The notes below the pieces were generated by a model. It made no database searches, was not told the origin of the DNA, and saw only the letters and a program-made list of their open reading frames with translations. Of a stretch of 64,000 bases of DNA, positions 38,896 through 48,496 are shown piece by piece. Both the position numbers and the translations under genes were made by a program. Source of the DNA: Dehalococcoidia bacterium (GTDB lineage: Bacteria; Chloroflexota; Dehalococcoidia; GIF9; AB-539-J10); the NCBI GenBank assembly GCA_034431195.1, contig DAOUDP010000016.1, positions 1,839-65,838 on the forward strand. Reading direction: 5' to 3'. Positions within the stretch are counted from its first letter, which is position 1. Every line of letters begins with the position of its first letter.

Positions 38896-39543
38896 ATGAC
38901 AAGAAAACCTTTTCCTGCCTCTCCAGAGGAGCAATTTGTCCTTCTGCCCGAATCGTTTTTCACTCAGGGGATACCTGAAATAGACGATATAGCCGAGCTG
39001 AAGGTGAGTCTCTGTTTTTTCTATTTACTCCATCATAAGCAAGGACATCATGAGTTTATCACCCATGGGGAATTGTTGTCTTATTGTATTCCAGTTATGG
39101 GGAAACAAGGGTTCGACAGCGGCTTAAGGTCAGCTGTGGAAAGGGGGGTCATTTTATCGGTTAGTAAAGAGGTTAACGGGAGGCGGGAAAACGTTTACTT
39201 TGCTAACAAGGAGGCTATGGACAGGGCGAGCCATGGGATAATTCCTAAACAAGCAACACAGCCGCTCAATATCTTTGCTCTTTATGAGCAGAATATAGGT
39301 TTGATAACCCCATTGGTTGCTGAGGAGCTTAAAGAGGCGGTGAAAGTTTATCCAGCGCAGTGGATAGAGGAAGCTTTCAGGGAAGCGGTTAATATGAATA
39401 AGCGTAGTTGGAAATATATCTCTCGTATTCTTGAGAGATGGGCTAGCGAAGGTAAAGATAGTGGAGAGTATAGACAAGGTATTAAGAAGGGCAGTGCCAA
39501 TAAGTACATTAAGGGCAGATACGGGCATCTCGTCAAAAGATAA
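38896..39543 (+). CDS. DnaD-domain protein (helicase-loading/primosomal accessory)
   Basis: C-terminal …LVAEELKEAVKVYPAQWIEEAFREAVNMNKRSWKYISRILERWASEG matches the DnaD/DnaB C-terminal (DDBH2) domain consensus. Confidence 0.55.
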   Translation: MTRKPFPASPEEQFVLLPESFFTQGIPEIDDIAELKVSLCFFYLLHHKQGHHEFITHGELLSYCIPVMGKQGFDSGLRSAVERGVILSVSKEVNGRRENVYFANKEAMDRASHGIIPKQATQPLNIFALYEQNIGLITPLVAEELKEAVKVYPAQWIEEAFREAVNMNKRSWKYISRILERWASEGKDSGEYRQGIKKGSANKYIKGRYGHLVKR

Positions 39544-40297
39544 CCAGGGTGGCGAGGAAGTCTGTCCTATTTGCAAAGGTGCTGGGCTTGTTCATCCCCT
39601 TCTAGCTTCGGGACAACCTGATTTCAGCAGAGTAATTCCCTGTGAGTGCCAGAAAGAAGAACTGGAGAAGAAGAAACTACAATATCTCCAAGAATATAGC
39701 AATCTTAGCTCGTTATTGCGGAAGATGACCTTCGATGATTTTGACTACAAGAGGCTGAATCTCTCCTTGGAGCAGCGTCAAAATTTGCGAAAGGCCTTTG
39801 ATGTAGCAAAGGACTTTGCATGTTCTCCAGAGGGTTGGTTGGTATTTCAAGGCGTCAATGGCTGTGGCAAAACCCATTTAGCAGCAGCTATTGCTAATCA
39901 TCGATTGGGGCAGGGCAAGCCAGTTTTATTCATAGTAGCTCCTGACCTCCTTGACCATCTGCGCTCCACCTTTAACCCGGACAGTAAGATATCATATGAC
40001 GATTTTTTTGAAACGGTAAAGCAGTGTCCTTTGCTACTACTTGACGACTTTGGCGAGCAATCTGCTACTCCTTGGGCTCAGGAGAAGCTATATCAACTGA
40101 TTAATTATCGTTATAATGCCAGATTACCGATGGTGGTTACCACTTGCCTTACTCTAGACGAGATTGAGTCCAGAATCAGCTCACGAATGGTAGATCCAAA
40201 ATTAAGTTTGGTATTCAACATCATTGCTCCTGATTATCGTGGTGATATAGAACCCGTTCGGCAAGCCGGGCGCTCATCACGAAAACGCTATTCCTAG
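39431..40297 (+). CDS. DnaC/DnaI/IstB-like AAA+ helicase-loader ATPase
   Basis: Zn-finger-like CPICKGAG…CEC N-region, Walker A GVNGCGKTHLAAAIAN, Walker B LLLDDFG. Start uncertain because the track ORF overlaps the previous gene by 113 nt. Confidence 0.65.
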   Translation: MRDGLAKVKIVESIDKVLRRAVPISTLRADTGISSKDNQGGEEVCPICKGAGLVHPLLASGQPDFSRVIPCECQKEELEKKKLQYLQEYSNLSSLLRKMTFDDFDYKRLNLSLEQRQNLRKAFDVAKDFACSPEGWLVFQGVNGCGKTHLAAAIANHRLGQGKPVLFIVAPDLLDHLRSTFNPDSKISYDDFFETVKQCPLLLLDDFGEQSATPWAQEKLYQLINYRYNARLPMVVTTCLTLDEIESRISSRMVDPKLSLVFNIIAPDYRGDIEPVRQAGRSSRKRYS

Positions 40298-40350
40298 GAA
40301 CCATTCTATTGCAATAAGCAAACATCGCTGTTAGAATAACCCGACGTTAT

Positions 40351-40869
40351 ATGCGGGATTCAGAAGTAGTAAATTTGCCGGTTCTGGTTCTTAATCAAAG
40401 CTGTGAGCCATTGAATTTGTGTCGTGTGCGCCGAGCCATAATTCTGACCCTTTATGGTAAAGCTGAAGTGTTAGAAAACAGCAGAGGAGAGATTCATTCC
40501 GCAAGGCAGGTTTTTCAAATACCCTCAGTAATACGTCTTGCCTATTTTATTAGACGTCCTTATCGGGAAAGAAAGTTAACCAAGGTCGAGGTATTCATCC
40601 GTGACCAATATACTTGCCAATATTGTGGCAAGCAAACCAGGGAGCTTACTTTGGACCATGTAATTCCAAGACAGCGTGGTGGGGAGCATGCTTGGAAGAA
40701 CGTGGTTAGTGCTTGTAAAGTGTGCAACCGCCGTAAGGGTGGGCGAACACCTGAAGAGGCAGGAATGAGCTTGCTACGCTCTCCACGCATCCCTCACCAC
40801 AATGGGTTCTATATTCCTTATCATTATCTCAATAGCCATAACGAGTGGCGAAAGTATATTCCTGAATAA
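40351..40869 (+). CDS. HNH endonuclease
   Basis: 172 aa; CQYCG…LDHVIPRQRGG…NVVSACKVCNRRKG is a canonical HNH/zinc-finger motif. Confidence 0.75.
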   Translation: MRDSEVVNLPVLVLNQSCEPLNLCRVRRAIILTLYGKAEVLENSRGEIHSARQVFQIPSVIRLAYFIRRPYRERKLTKVEVFIRDQYTCQYCGKQTRELTLDHVIPRQRGGEHAWKNVVSACKVCNRRKGGRTPEEAGMSLLRSPRIPHHNGFYIPYHYLNSHNEWRKYIPE

Positions 40870-40885
40870 ATACGACTTGCCTTGT

Positions 40886-41668
40886 TCAGGTTAGCTCATC
40901 GAGGGATAGTTCTCTAACAGTCTGGTCATTGAGCTTTATTGTCACTGTTTCTTTTAAGGGATTGGTGCTAACCACTTTGCCTTCCCCAAAAGGTGTTGAG
41001 ACCTCCTGATTTACTCGAGGCATTTTCTCCTTCATAGCGGCATATTGCTTGCTTTCATAGCTGAGGCAGCACAGGAGTCGCCCACAAATTCCGGAGATTT
41101 TCATGGGATTTAAGGATAACCCTTGCTCTTTAGCAATTCTGATGGATACTGGTGTAAATTCGGTGAGAAAGTTCTGGCAGCATAGTGGACGGCCACATTT
41201 CCCCAGGCCCCCGATCAATCTGGCTTCATCTCTAGGGCTTACTTGTCTCAACTCCACTCTTGTTTTGAGTCTCTGGCTTAGTTTTCGAACTAGCTCTCTG
41301 AAGTCGATTCTTGTTTGGGCACTGAAGTATATAGTTAAGTGCTTACCATCGAGGTTATAGTGAGCCACAAGGGGTTTCATTGCTAAATCAAGCTCACTAA
41401 CGAATTCCTTACACCTATTGAGCGCTTCACTTTCTTTGTGGTGATTCTGCTCAGCTTTCTGTAAATCTTCCGGTTGTGCCAGGCGCATTATTTTGGCTAA
41501 TCGTTTTGGGGGATGTTTTGCCTGCTGAGCCTCCGCAATAACCACTTTAGCTAGGTCTGCTCCGTGCTCTGTGCCCAATACTATGTAATCATTAAGTTCT
41601 ACTTTGATTTCAGCGGTATCGCAATAGATTACCTTGCTTCTAGGTTGAAGATAAACTCCGACTATCAT
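40886..41668 (-). CDS. ricT: PSP1 C-terminal domain protein RicT/YaaT
   Basis: 260 aa; GKCGRPLCCQNFL and ICGRLLCCLSYE cysteine motifs. Follows holB as in Firmicutes. Confidence 0.75.
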   Translation of the reverse strand: MIVGVYLQPRSKVIYCDTAEIKVELNDYIVLGTEHGADLAKVVIAEAQQAKHPPKRLAKIMRLAQPEDLQKAEQNHHKESEALNRCKEFVSELDLAMKPLVAHYNLDGKHLTIYFSAQTRIDFRELVRKLSQRLKTRVELRQVSPRDEARLIGGLGKCGRPLCCQNFLTEFTPVSIRIAKEQGLSLNPMKISGICGRLLCCLSYESKQYAAMKEKMPRVNQEVSTPFGEGKVVSTNPLKETVTIKLNDQTVRELSLDELT

Positions 41669-41671
41669 AGG

Positions 41672-42661
41672 CTAGCATTCCACCTTTGGCATGTTAAGCA
41701 TCACCCATTCCAATAATAAGCGTACATTTATGTTTTTGCTTAGTTGCTCTTTTAGCAAACATAAATCTGCAATGAAGCCATTGATTTCGCGCATGGTCAA
41801 ATTGCTTGCCTTTCGTTGCAAAGTAGCTTTATAGTCTGTATTGGTGATAAGTTCCTCGCAGCTACCCCGAATAAGCATCAAGTCACGCCACCAATCAATC
41901 CAGTCTTCTATAATTTCTATCACGGATCTCCGCTGTCGATTGAATTGAATAGCCCACTCTTGGGCACAGGCAAAGCGCTGTTCTAAATTAGCAGTAAGTA
42001 GCGAGACAAATTTATTAATATTTTGAGTTCGCTGAGAAAGTAAATTATCATCTTTCACGGCTGATATTGCCCAGCCGAGGCAACCGTGGCTCAGTCGGGC
42101 TAAAAGATTTGCTTTGTTGGGAGCAATGTCATACTGGTCTACAAGTATTTTTTTTATCTGCTTCATAGGCAGAGGCTTGAATTCGAGCCTTTGACATCGG
42201 GAGATAACCGTGGGTGGAAGGCGATTTTCCTCACTCGCTAGCAACAACCAAATGACTTTGGGTGGTGGTTCTTCCAAAATTTTGAGTAAACAGTTTGCTG
42301 CTTCAATGGATAAGTATTCGGCATCATTAATGATGAATACTTTATATTTACCTTCGTATGGTGGCAGGTTAACTAAATGCTGAAGATCTCGAATGGTATC
42401 GATGCTGATTTCGGCACTTGAGTTCAGGTGCGTGAAGATGACATCGGCATGCTTTTCTTGGGCAATTCTGAAACAAGAATGGCATTGACCGCAGGGTGGT
42501 TCACTTGCATCGCAATTCACCGCCTGTGCTATGTTAACAGCCAGAGTTCCTTTCCCTATGTGCCGTGGCCCTGTTAGGAGATAGGCATGTGCGATGTTAC
42601 GTTCTTTAAGATTTTGTTTCAACAAAGATAGAAGTCTGTCTTGTCCAATTACTTGCCACAT
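41672..42661 (-). CDS. holB: DNA polymerase III subunit delta'
   Basis: 329 aa; AHAYLLTGPRHIGKGT Walker-type motif and clamp-loader C-terminal domain. Confidence 0.8.
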   Translation of the reverse strand: MWQVIGQDRLLSLLKQNLKERNIAHAYLLTGPRHIGKGTLAVNIAQAVNCDASEPPCGQCHSCFRIAQEKHADVIFTHLNSSAEISIDTIRDLQHLVNLPPYEGKYKVFIINDAEYLSIEAANCLLKILEEPPPKVIWLLLASEENRLPPTVISRCQRLEFKPLPMKQIKKILVDQYDIAPNKANLLARLSHGCLGWAISAVKDDNLLSQRTQNINKFVSLLTANLEQRFACAQEWAIQFNRQRRSVIEIIEDWIDWWRDLMLIRGSCEELITNTDYKATLQRKASNLTMREINGFIADLCLLKEQLSKNINVRLLLEWVMLNMPKVEC

Positions 42662-42662
42662 G

Positions 42663-43988
42663 TCAAATTGTATCTAAGCTCATTAAATCTTGATAGGTTT
42701 CGCGGCGACGGATAAGAGTTGCTTTGCCTTCATTCACCATAGTTATGGCTGGTCTGGGCAAGGCATTATAATTACTCCACATCGGGATGGAATAAGCGCC
42801 GCAACCCGGGACAGCTATAATATCATCTGGAAAAACCGAAGCCAGATTAGTGTCGCTCACTAGAATATCCCCTGATTCGCAAAGCTTACCAGTAATGGTA
42901 ACGATTTCTCTCTCTTCCTGTAAAACTTTGTTGGCTACCAGAGCTTCATGTTTAGCTCCGTAAAGGGCAGGACGGATGTTATCACTCATTCCACCATCGA
43001 TACATATGTATTTTCTTATGCCAGGTATCTCCTTTATCGCTCCAACCTTATATAATGCTACTCCAGCTTGGGCGACAATGCGTCTTCCTGGCTCGATGAT
43101 AAGTTTGGGATGGTCTAGTTCAAATTGGGGAATAAGCTCGTTCAGCTTACCCGCTATAGCTTGAGCATATTCAGCTACATCAGGCGCTTTAGAATCCAAG
43201 GAATATCGGACAGCAAAACCTCCCCCAACGCCAAATTCATCGAATTGAAAGCTGTACTTTCGCTTCATTTGGCGAATGAAGCTGAGGACGAGCTCTATAG
43301 CTAGGCGGTAGGGTTCCAGCTCAAATATAGGGGAACCAAGGTGAAAATGAAACCCTACCAGATTAATGTTGGAAGCTGATGTAGCTTGGCTTACAGCTTC
43401 CTCAGCTTGTTCTGTGGCCAAGGGGAACCCAAATTTGCTGTCTAATGTTCCTGTAGTGGTATATTTGTGGGTATGGGGATCAACTCCAGGAGTAATGCGG
43501 AGTAAGATATCTTGCTTGATACCTTTCTCATAAGCTAGTTTATCAAGCAACTCAAGTTCGTAAAGATTATCTACTACAACTCGTCCAATGTTCCAATCGA
43601 GAGCTAGTTCCAGCTCTTCCAATGTCTTGTTATTACCGTGGAAATAAACCTTGCTTAGCGGGAAGTCTACAGAATGAGCAATGGTAAGCTCTCCACCAGA
43701 AACAACATCAAGTCCAAGCCCTTCTTGGTCGATGAGGGCGGCTAATGCTCTATTAAGGAATGCCTTGGAGGCGTAAATGACTAATGTGTTTGGATAGTAT
43801 TTGTGGAATTCAGCGGTAAATTGACGGCATTTATGACGAATGGTGAACTCGTCGAAGACATAGAGGGGTGTGCTGAGTTCCTCGGCTAAATCAACGGTAT
43901 CGCAGCCGCCAATACAAAGATGCCCTTGATTATTTACTTCAGCAGTAAGCGGGAAAAGGGAAAGTTTAGGCGAAATTTTTGTATTCAA
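42663..43988 (-). CDS. lysA: diaminopimelate decarboxylase
   Basis: 441 aa; Orn/DAP/Arg decarboxylase family 2 (PLP-binding …YASKAF…, C-terminal …GAYS…). Confidence 0.85.
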   Translation of the reverse strand: MNTKISPKLSLFPLTAEVNNQGHLCIGGCDTVDLAEELSTPLYVFDEFTIRHKCRQFTAEFHKYYPNTLVIYASKAFLNRALAALIDQEGLGLDVVSGGELTIAHSVDFPLSKVYFHGNNKTLEELELALDWNIGRVVVDNLYELELLDKLAYEKGIKQDILLRITPGVDPHTHKYTTTGTLDSKFGFPLATEQAEEAVSQATSASNINLVGFHFHLGSPIFELEPYRLAIELVLSFIRQMKRKYSFQFDEFGVGGGFAVRYSLDSKAPDVAEYAQAIAGKLNELIPQFELDHPKLIIEPGRRIVAQAGVALYKVGAIKEIPGIRKYICIDGGMSDNIRPALYGAKHEALVANKVLQEEREIVTITGKLCESGDILVSDTNLASVFPDDIIAVPGCGAYSIPMWSNYNALPRPAITMVNEGKATLIRRRETYQDLMSLDTI

Positions 43989-44941
43989 TTTGACTCTAGA
44001 ATGTTACCATAAATTTTTCTATTCAATCTATTTGCCAGTTCCATTATATCCTTCTTTCTGGCAATTTGCTCACCCCAGTCTTTGGGTATATTTTCGTAGC
44101 CATAGTATATTCCTGCTAGCCCTCCAGTAACTGCGCCCGTTGTATCAGTATCACCTCCAAGGTTTACTGCGTTGAGCACTGTTTCAGCGTACGAATTGTT
44201 GTTGAGAAGACACCACAGACTAGCCTCAAGCGTATCTATGACATAGCCGCTTGACTTTATTTCGTCCTCAATGAGCTTTGAAATGTCGGCTTGTAAAATT
44301 CTGGCGAAATTATTTACTCCCACGCAGTATGGGTCTTTTCGATAGAAATCCACGATAGTTGCTTTCATGCTCTGGTATGCTAATTTTGGCTCATCTCCTT
44401 TAAGGAGGTTAATTGCTAGCTGGATATAGATGCCACAAGCCATTTGTGACCTTGGATGAGCATGGGTAATAGAGGATACCTGATGGATTATTTCAAATTT
44501 TTTGGGAGTCTCGGCATTTTCGAGATAATATACTAATGGCAAAATTCTCATCAGTGAGCCATTTCCATTGTCATATTCGCTTTTACCACCGGCTTCTTCG
44601 GGGTTTACACTTTTTCTGAGGCGGAAAATAGCCTGTCGAGTTGTGTTTCCGACACCAAAGGTTTTCCCATATGGAGTCCAATAACCTTCATAAAGCCATT
44701 TACAAAATTTACGGGCAATATCATGCAGATTAAAGCCTTGACACAAGCTATCTGCTAAGCAGAAAGTAAGCGAACTATCATCCGACCACGTTCCCGCCGG
44801 CTGATTGTAAACGCCATAGCCAACCATGGTGGTTACCGGATTTCTCTTCAATTCATCTCTGGAGCAGGACTCGAAAGGAACACCAAGCGCATCGGCAATA
44901 CATAGTCCGGACAAACCACCAAGCACTTTATTTCTTTTCAT
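43985..44941 (-). CDS. ADP-ribosylglycohydrolase family protein
   Basis: Trimmed from track start 45058 to the internal ATG at 44941 (MKRNKVLGGLSGLCIADALGVPFE…). This removes the 34-nt overlap with the divergent M16 gene. Confidence 0.7.
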   Translation of the reverse strand: MKRNKVLGGLSGLCIADALGVPFESCSRDELKRNPVTTMVGYGVYNQPAGTWSDDSSLTFCLADSLCQGFNLHDIARKFCKWLYEGYWTPYGKTFGVGNTTRQAIFRLRKSVNPEEAGGKSEYDNGNGSLMRILPLVYYLENAETPKKFEIIHQVSSITHAHPRSQMACGIYIQLAINLLKGDEPKLAYQSMKATIVDFYRKDPYCVGVNNFARILQADISKLIEDEIKSSGYVIDTLEASLWCLLNNNSYAETVLNAVNLGGDTDTTGAVTGGLAGIYYGYENIPKDWGEQIARKKDIMELANRLNRKIYGNILESN

Positions 44942-45023
44942 CTTTGGAAGCACCGCCCAGTATTGTATCAAATGGGTCTTACAGCGTCTTTTTGTTGACG
45001 GAGGAGATAGATGAACGTAGAAT

Positions 45024-46295
45024 TTGAGGCAAATGTATACCAAAACTGTTTTTGACAACGGATTAAGGGTTATTACCAGTGCTATGCCTCATACTCGTTC
45101 AGTATGCCTCGCTTTTCTTATTGGTGCCGGCTCTTGTTATGAGAATGAGAGGGAAGCAGGCATTTCTCATTTTGCTGAGCATATGTATTTCAAAGGCACA
45201 AAGCGGAGGCCCACAGCTAAAGAGATAAGTCAGGATGTTGAAGGAGTAGGTGGCATAATCAATGCTGGCACGGATAAGGAAATGGCCGTTTTTTGGTGCA
45301 AAGTGGCGGATGCCCATTTTCCTGTAGCTTTGGATGTGCTATCCGATTTGCTGTGCAATTCTCGTTTCGATTCCAATGATATAGAACAAGAACGCCGAGT
45401 CATCATTGAAGAAATAAATATGCACATGGATATTCCTCAACAGCGAGTGAATATGCTTATTGATGAGCTTTTATGGCCTGACCAGCCTTTGGGGCGTGAA
45501 ATCATCGGCAGTAAGGAAACTGTAGCTTCGATAACCAGAGAACGGATGTTAAGATACATCGCTCATCGATATTTGCCCAATGATACCGTGATTAGTATTG
45601 CCGGCAATATACAGTCTGATGAAGCATTAGCTCGCATTGAGGCGCTGTTTCATGACTGGTCTGCGGGCCAGGTATCGGAGGGGTATGTGACGAATAGTGG
45701 GCAAGACACACCGAGGTTACGTATCGAGCACAAGAACAGTGAACAAGTGCATCTTTGTTTAGGTGTCCATGGGTTCTCTCGTTTCCATCCACGACGTTTT
45801 GCTCTTGACCTGCTGAACACAGCGTTTGGAGTGGGAATGAGCAGTCGCTTATTCACTGAGATCCGAGAGAAGAAAGGGTTGGCATATGACATACATAGCT
45901 ATGTGGAGCATTTCCTTAATTCAGGGTCATTTGTTATCTACGCCGGTGTGGACACAAATAAGGCAGAAACTGCCATTGCCACCGTAGTTGAGGAAATAGC
46001 CAAGTTAAGGCAAGGAATCACTGCAGATGAGCTTCGCAGAGCCAAGGAGCTATCAAAGGGCAGGTTGCAACTTCGGCTTGAGGACAGTCAAAACATGGCT
46101 TTATGGCTGGGTGTCCAGGAGTTATTGAGGCGGGAGATTCTCGACATAGATGAGGTTATCTCTATAATTGAGGCTATCACCGAGGGTGAGCTAAAACAGA
46201 TAGCCCAAGAAATCCTGATTGATAATGGGCTCAACTTAGCTGTAGTAGGATCGGTAAAAAAGGAAGAACCTTTGCTAAATTTGCTCAAGCTATGA
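45024..46295 (+). CDS. M16 family (insulinase/pitrilysin-like) zinc peptidase
   Basis: 423 aa; inverted zinc motif HFAEHMYFKGT (HxxEH) and downstream E. Confidence 0.75.
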   Translation: MRQMYTKTVFDNGLRVITSAMPHTRSVCLAFLIGAGSCYENEREAGISHFAEHMYFKGTKRRPTAKEISQDVEGVGGIINAGTDKEMAVFWCKVADAHFPVALDVLSDLLCNSRFDSNDIEQERRVIIEEINMHMDIPQQRVNMLIDELLWPDQPLGREIIGSKETVASITRERMLRYIAHRYLPNDTVISIAGNIQSDEALARIEALFHDWSAGQVSEGYVTNSGQDTPRLRIEHKNSEQVHLCLGVHGFSRFHPRRFALDLLNTAFGVGMSSRLFTEIREKKGLAYDIHSYVEHFLNSGSFVIYAGVDTNKAETAIATVVEEIAKLRQGITADELRRAKELSKGRLQLRLEDSQNMALWLGVQELLRREILDIDEVISIIEAITEGELKQIAQEILIDNGLNLAVVGSVKKEEPLLNLLKL

Positions 46296-46342
46296 AAAGG
46301 AGCTGCCTGGTGAGCAGCTCCTCTTAATGATGGTGCTTGTTA

Positions 46343-47959
46343 TCAATACTCAGGATACCCACCGGGTGGCATGGGCATTTTTTCCTTTTCAGGGATATCG
46401 GTTACCAAGGATTCGGTGGTGAGAATCATATTGGCGATGCTGGCGCCATTTTGCAATGCAGCCTTGGTGACCTTAAGCGGGTCAACAATACCTCTTTTCA
46501 CCATGTCGACATCCAATTCATCCCTAAGGGCATCATAGCCTACACCTGCTGAGCTTTCTTTTACTTTATTTATTATTACCGAGCCCTCTCTTCCGCTATT
46601 GACGGCGATACAACGAATAGGCTCTTCCAAGGCTCGTTTAAGTATAGCAACGCCAGTAGCTTCATCTCCCTTGACCTTTAGCTTGTCCAGGGCAGGTATT
46701 GCGTTGAGAAGGGCAATGCCACCGCCAGGCAAAATGCCCTCTTCTACAGCGGCCCTTGTAGCCGAGAGAGCATCCTCGACACGGTGTTTCTTCTCCTTTA
46801 AATCTAGCTCAGTGGCGGCACCTACCTTTATTACCGCCACGCCACCGGCTAACTTCGCCAGTCTTTCCTGGAGCTTTTCCTTGTCGTAATCGGATGTGGT
46901 TACGTCAATTTGGGACCTGATTTGCTTGATTCTCGCTTCGATATCTTTGGTTGCCCCTTTTCCTTCCACGATGGTAGTATCATCTTTGTCAGCGATAACC
47001 TTTCGTGCTCGCCCCAGGTCTTCTATGGTTACTGAATCCAGCTTTCTGCCAACTTCCTCAGATATGACCTTACCGCCAGTGAGAACAGCTATATCCTGAA
47101 GCATTTCCTTTCGTCTGTCCCCGAATCCTGGTGCTTTAACTGCCAGAGGGCTTAAAGTTCCCCTCAGCTTATTGACCACCAAGGTAGCTAAGGGTTCACC
47201 GTCCATATCCTCAGCAATGAGAACGATATTCTTGGAGGTCTGGACTATCTTTTCCAAGGCGGGAAGGATATCATTCAAGGCGGATATTTTCTTATCGGTA
47301 ATTAGAATGTGTGGGTCTTCTAGTTCGCATCTCATCTGTTCGGCATTAGTGATGAAGTAGGGGCTGATATAGCCACGATCGAATTTCATACCCTCAACAT
47401 ACTCGGTTTCAAATTCAAGTCCTTTGCCTTCCTCGACAGTGATGACACCATCCTTGCCCACCTTTTCCATTACATCGGCGATTAAGTCGCCAATTTCTTG
47501 ATCCACCGCTGATATAGCAGCCACCTGAGCGACTTGTTCTTTACCAGCCACGGGGATAGCCATTTTTTTAAGTTTTTCCACGACAGCGTCAACTCCCTTT
47601 TCAATGCCGCGTTTTAGAGCCATGGAATCAGCACCAGCGGCGATATTTTTGAAACCTTCGCTAATGATACCTTGTGCTAGAATAACTGATGTGCTAGTTC
47701 CATCACCACATTGGTCATTAGTTCTAGTTGCTGCCTCTTTTACTAATTGAACTCCCATGTTCTCAAATGGATCGGGCAGTTCCACATCCTTGGCAATGGA
47801 AACACCGTCGTTAAGAACCGAAGGAGCGCCAAATTTCTTGTCCAGTGCCACCGGACGCCCACGAGGCCCTAAGGTTACTCTAATTGCAGCTGTTAGAGTG
47901 TCTATGCCTGTTTTGAGTGACTTTCTTGCTTCTTCACCGAAAAGAAGTTGCTTTGCCAT
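46343..47959 (-). CDS. groL: chaperonin GroEL
   Basis: 538 aa; [15 protein letters not shown]… and C-terminal GGM-type tail (…PPGGYPEY). Confidence 0.95.
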   Translation of the reverse strand: MAKQLLFGEEARKSLKTGIDTLTAAIRVTLGPRGRPVALDKKFGAPSVLNDGVSIAKDVELPDPFENMGVQLVKEAATRTNDQCGDGTSTSVILAQGIISEGFKNIAAGADSMALKRGIEKGVDAVVEKLKKMAIPVAGKEQVAQVAAISAVDQEIGDLIADVMEKVGKDGVITVEEGKGLEFETEYVEGMKFDRGYISPYFITNAEQMRCELEDPHILITDKKISALNDILPALEKIVQTSKNIVLIAEDMDGEPLATLVVNKLRGTLSPLAVKAPGFGDRRKEMLQDIAVLTGGKVISEEVGRKLDSVTIEDLGRARKVIADKDDTTIVEGKGATKDIEARIKQIRSQIDVTTSDYDKEKLQERLAKLAGGVAVIKVGAATELDLKEKKHRVEDALSATRAAVEEGILPGGGIALLNAIPALDKLKVKGDEATGVAILKRALEEPIRCIAVNSGREGSVIINKVKESSAGVGYDALRDELDVDMVKRGIVDPLKVTKAALQNGASIANMILTTESLVTDIPEKEKMPMPPGGYPEY

Positions 47960-47976
47960 TTCAATTTACCTCCTCT

Positions 47977-48273
47977 TTATGAACTTCGCTTAGCTAAAAT
48001 ATCGCTCTCACGCAGAATAATCAGTTCTTCCTCGTCGAGTTTAAACTCTGTCCCGGCATATTTGGAATAAATCACTTTATCCCCCACTTTCACTTCCATA
48101 GCGATGCGCTTGCCATCTTCAGATAGCTTGCCTGGACCTATGGCGACGATTTTGCCTTCTTGCGGCTTTTCCTTGGCTGTATCCGGCAAGACAATGCCCC
48201 CTTTGCTTACTTCTTCTTGGGGGGTGGGTTTAATCACTACCCTGTCTCCTAAAGGCTTAATTTTAGTTGCCAT
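47977..48273 (-). CDS. groS: co-chaperonin GroES
   Basis: 98 aa; [16 protein letters not shown]…. Confidence 0.9.
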   Translation of the reverse strand: MATKIKPLGDRVVIKPTPQEEVSKGGIVLPDTAKEKPQEGKIVAIGPGKLSEDGKRIAMEVKVGDKVIYSKYAGTEFKLDEEELIILRESDILAKRSS

Positions 48274-48300
48274 AACACCTCCTTTTTCAAAGTTTGCTGT

Positions 48301-48327
48301 TTAGCACTCTATGAACTAGACTGCTAA
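48301..48327 (+). promoter_or_regulatory. CIRCE operator (HrcA binding site) for groES-groEL
   Basis: TTAGCACTC-tatgaacta-GACTGCTAA versus the consensus TTAGCACTC-N9-GAGTGCTAA, 27 nt upstream of the groES start. Confidence 0.8.
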
Positions 48328-48329
48328 AG

Positions 48330-48357
48330 ATTATAACACAAGAATTTTTGAATGCAA
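48330..48357 (-). promoter_or_regulatory. sigma-70-type promoter of groES (minus strand: TTGCAT-16-TATAAT)
   Basis: Minus-strand ttgcattcaaaaattcttgtgttataat, immediately upstream of the CIRCE element. Confidence 0.55.
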
Positions 48358-48427
48358 CCCCTGCTTATTTATTGACGAAACACAAAATTTTATATTAGAA
48401 TCCTAAGTTCGATGTACTTAACGAATA

Positions 48428-48471
48428 AAGGATGCCCAGCGTTCAATTTGGGCATCCTTATTTTTATATTT
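48428..48471 (+). terminator. GC-rich 10-bp stem hairpin followed by T-run, in the hppA 5' leader
   Basis: aaggatgccc-agcgttcaattt-gggcatcctt then atttttatattt; 25 nt upstream of the hppA GTG start. Confidence 0.45.
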
Positions 48472-48496
48472 AGATTAGGAAAGGAGACACCCTATC

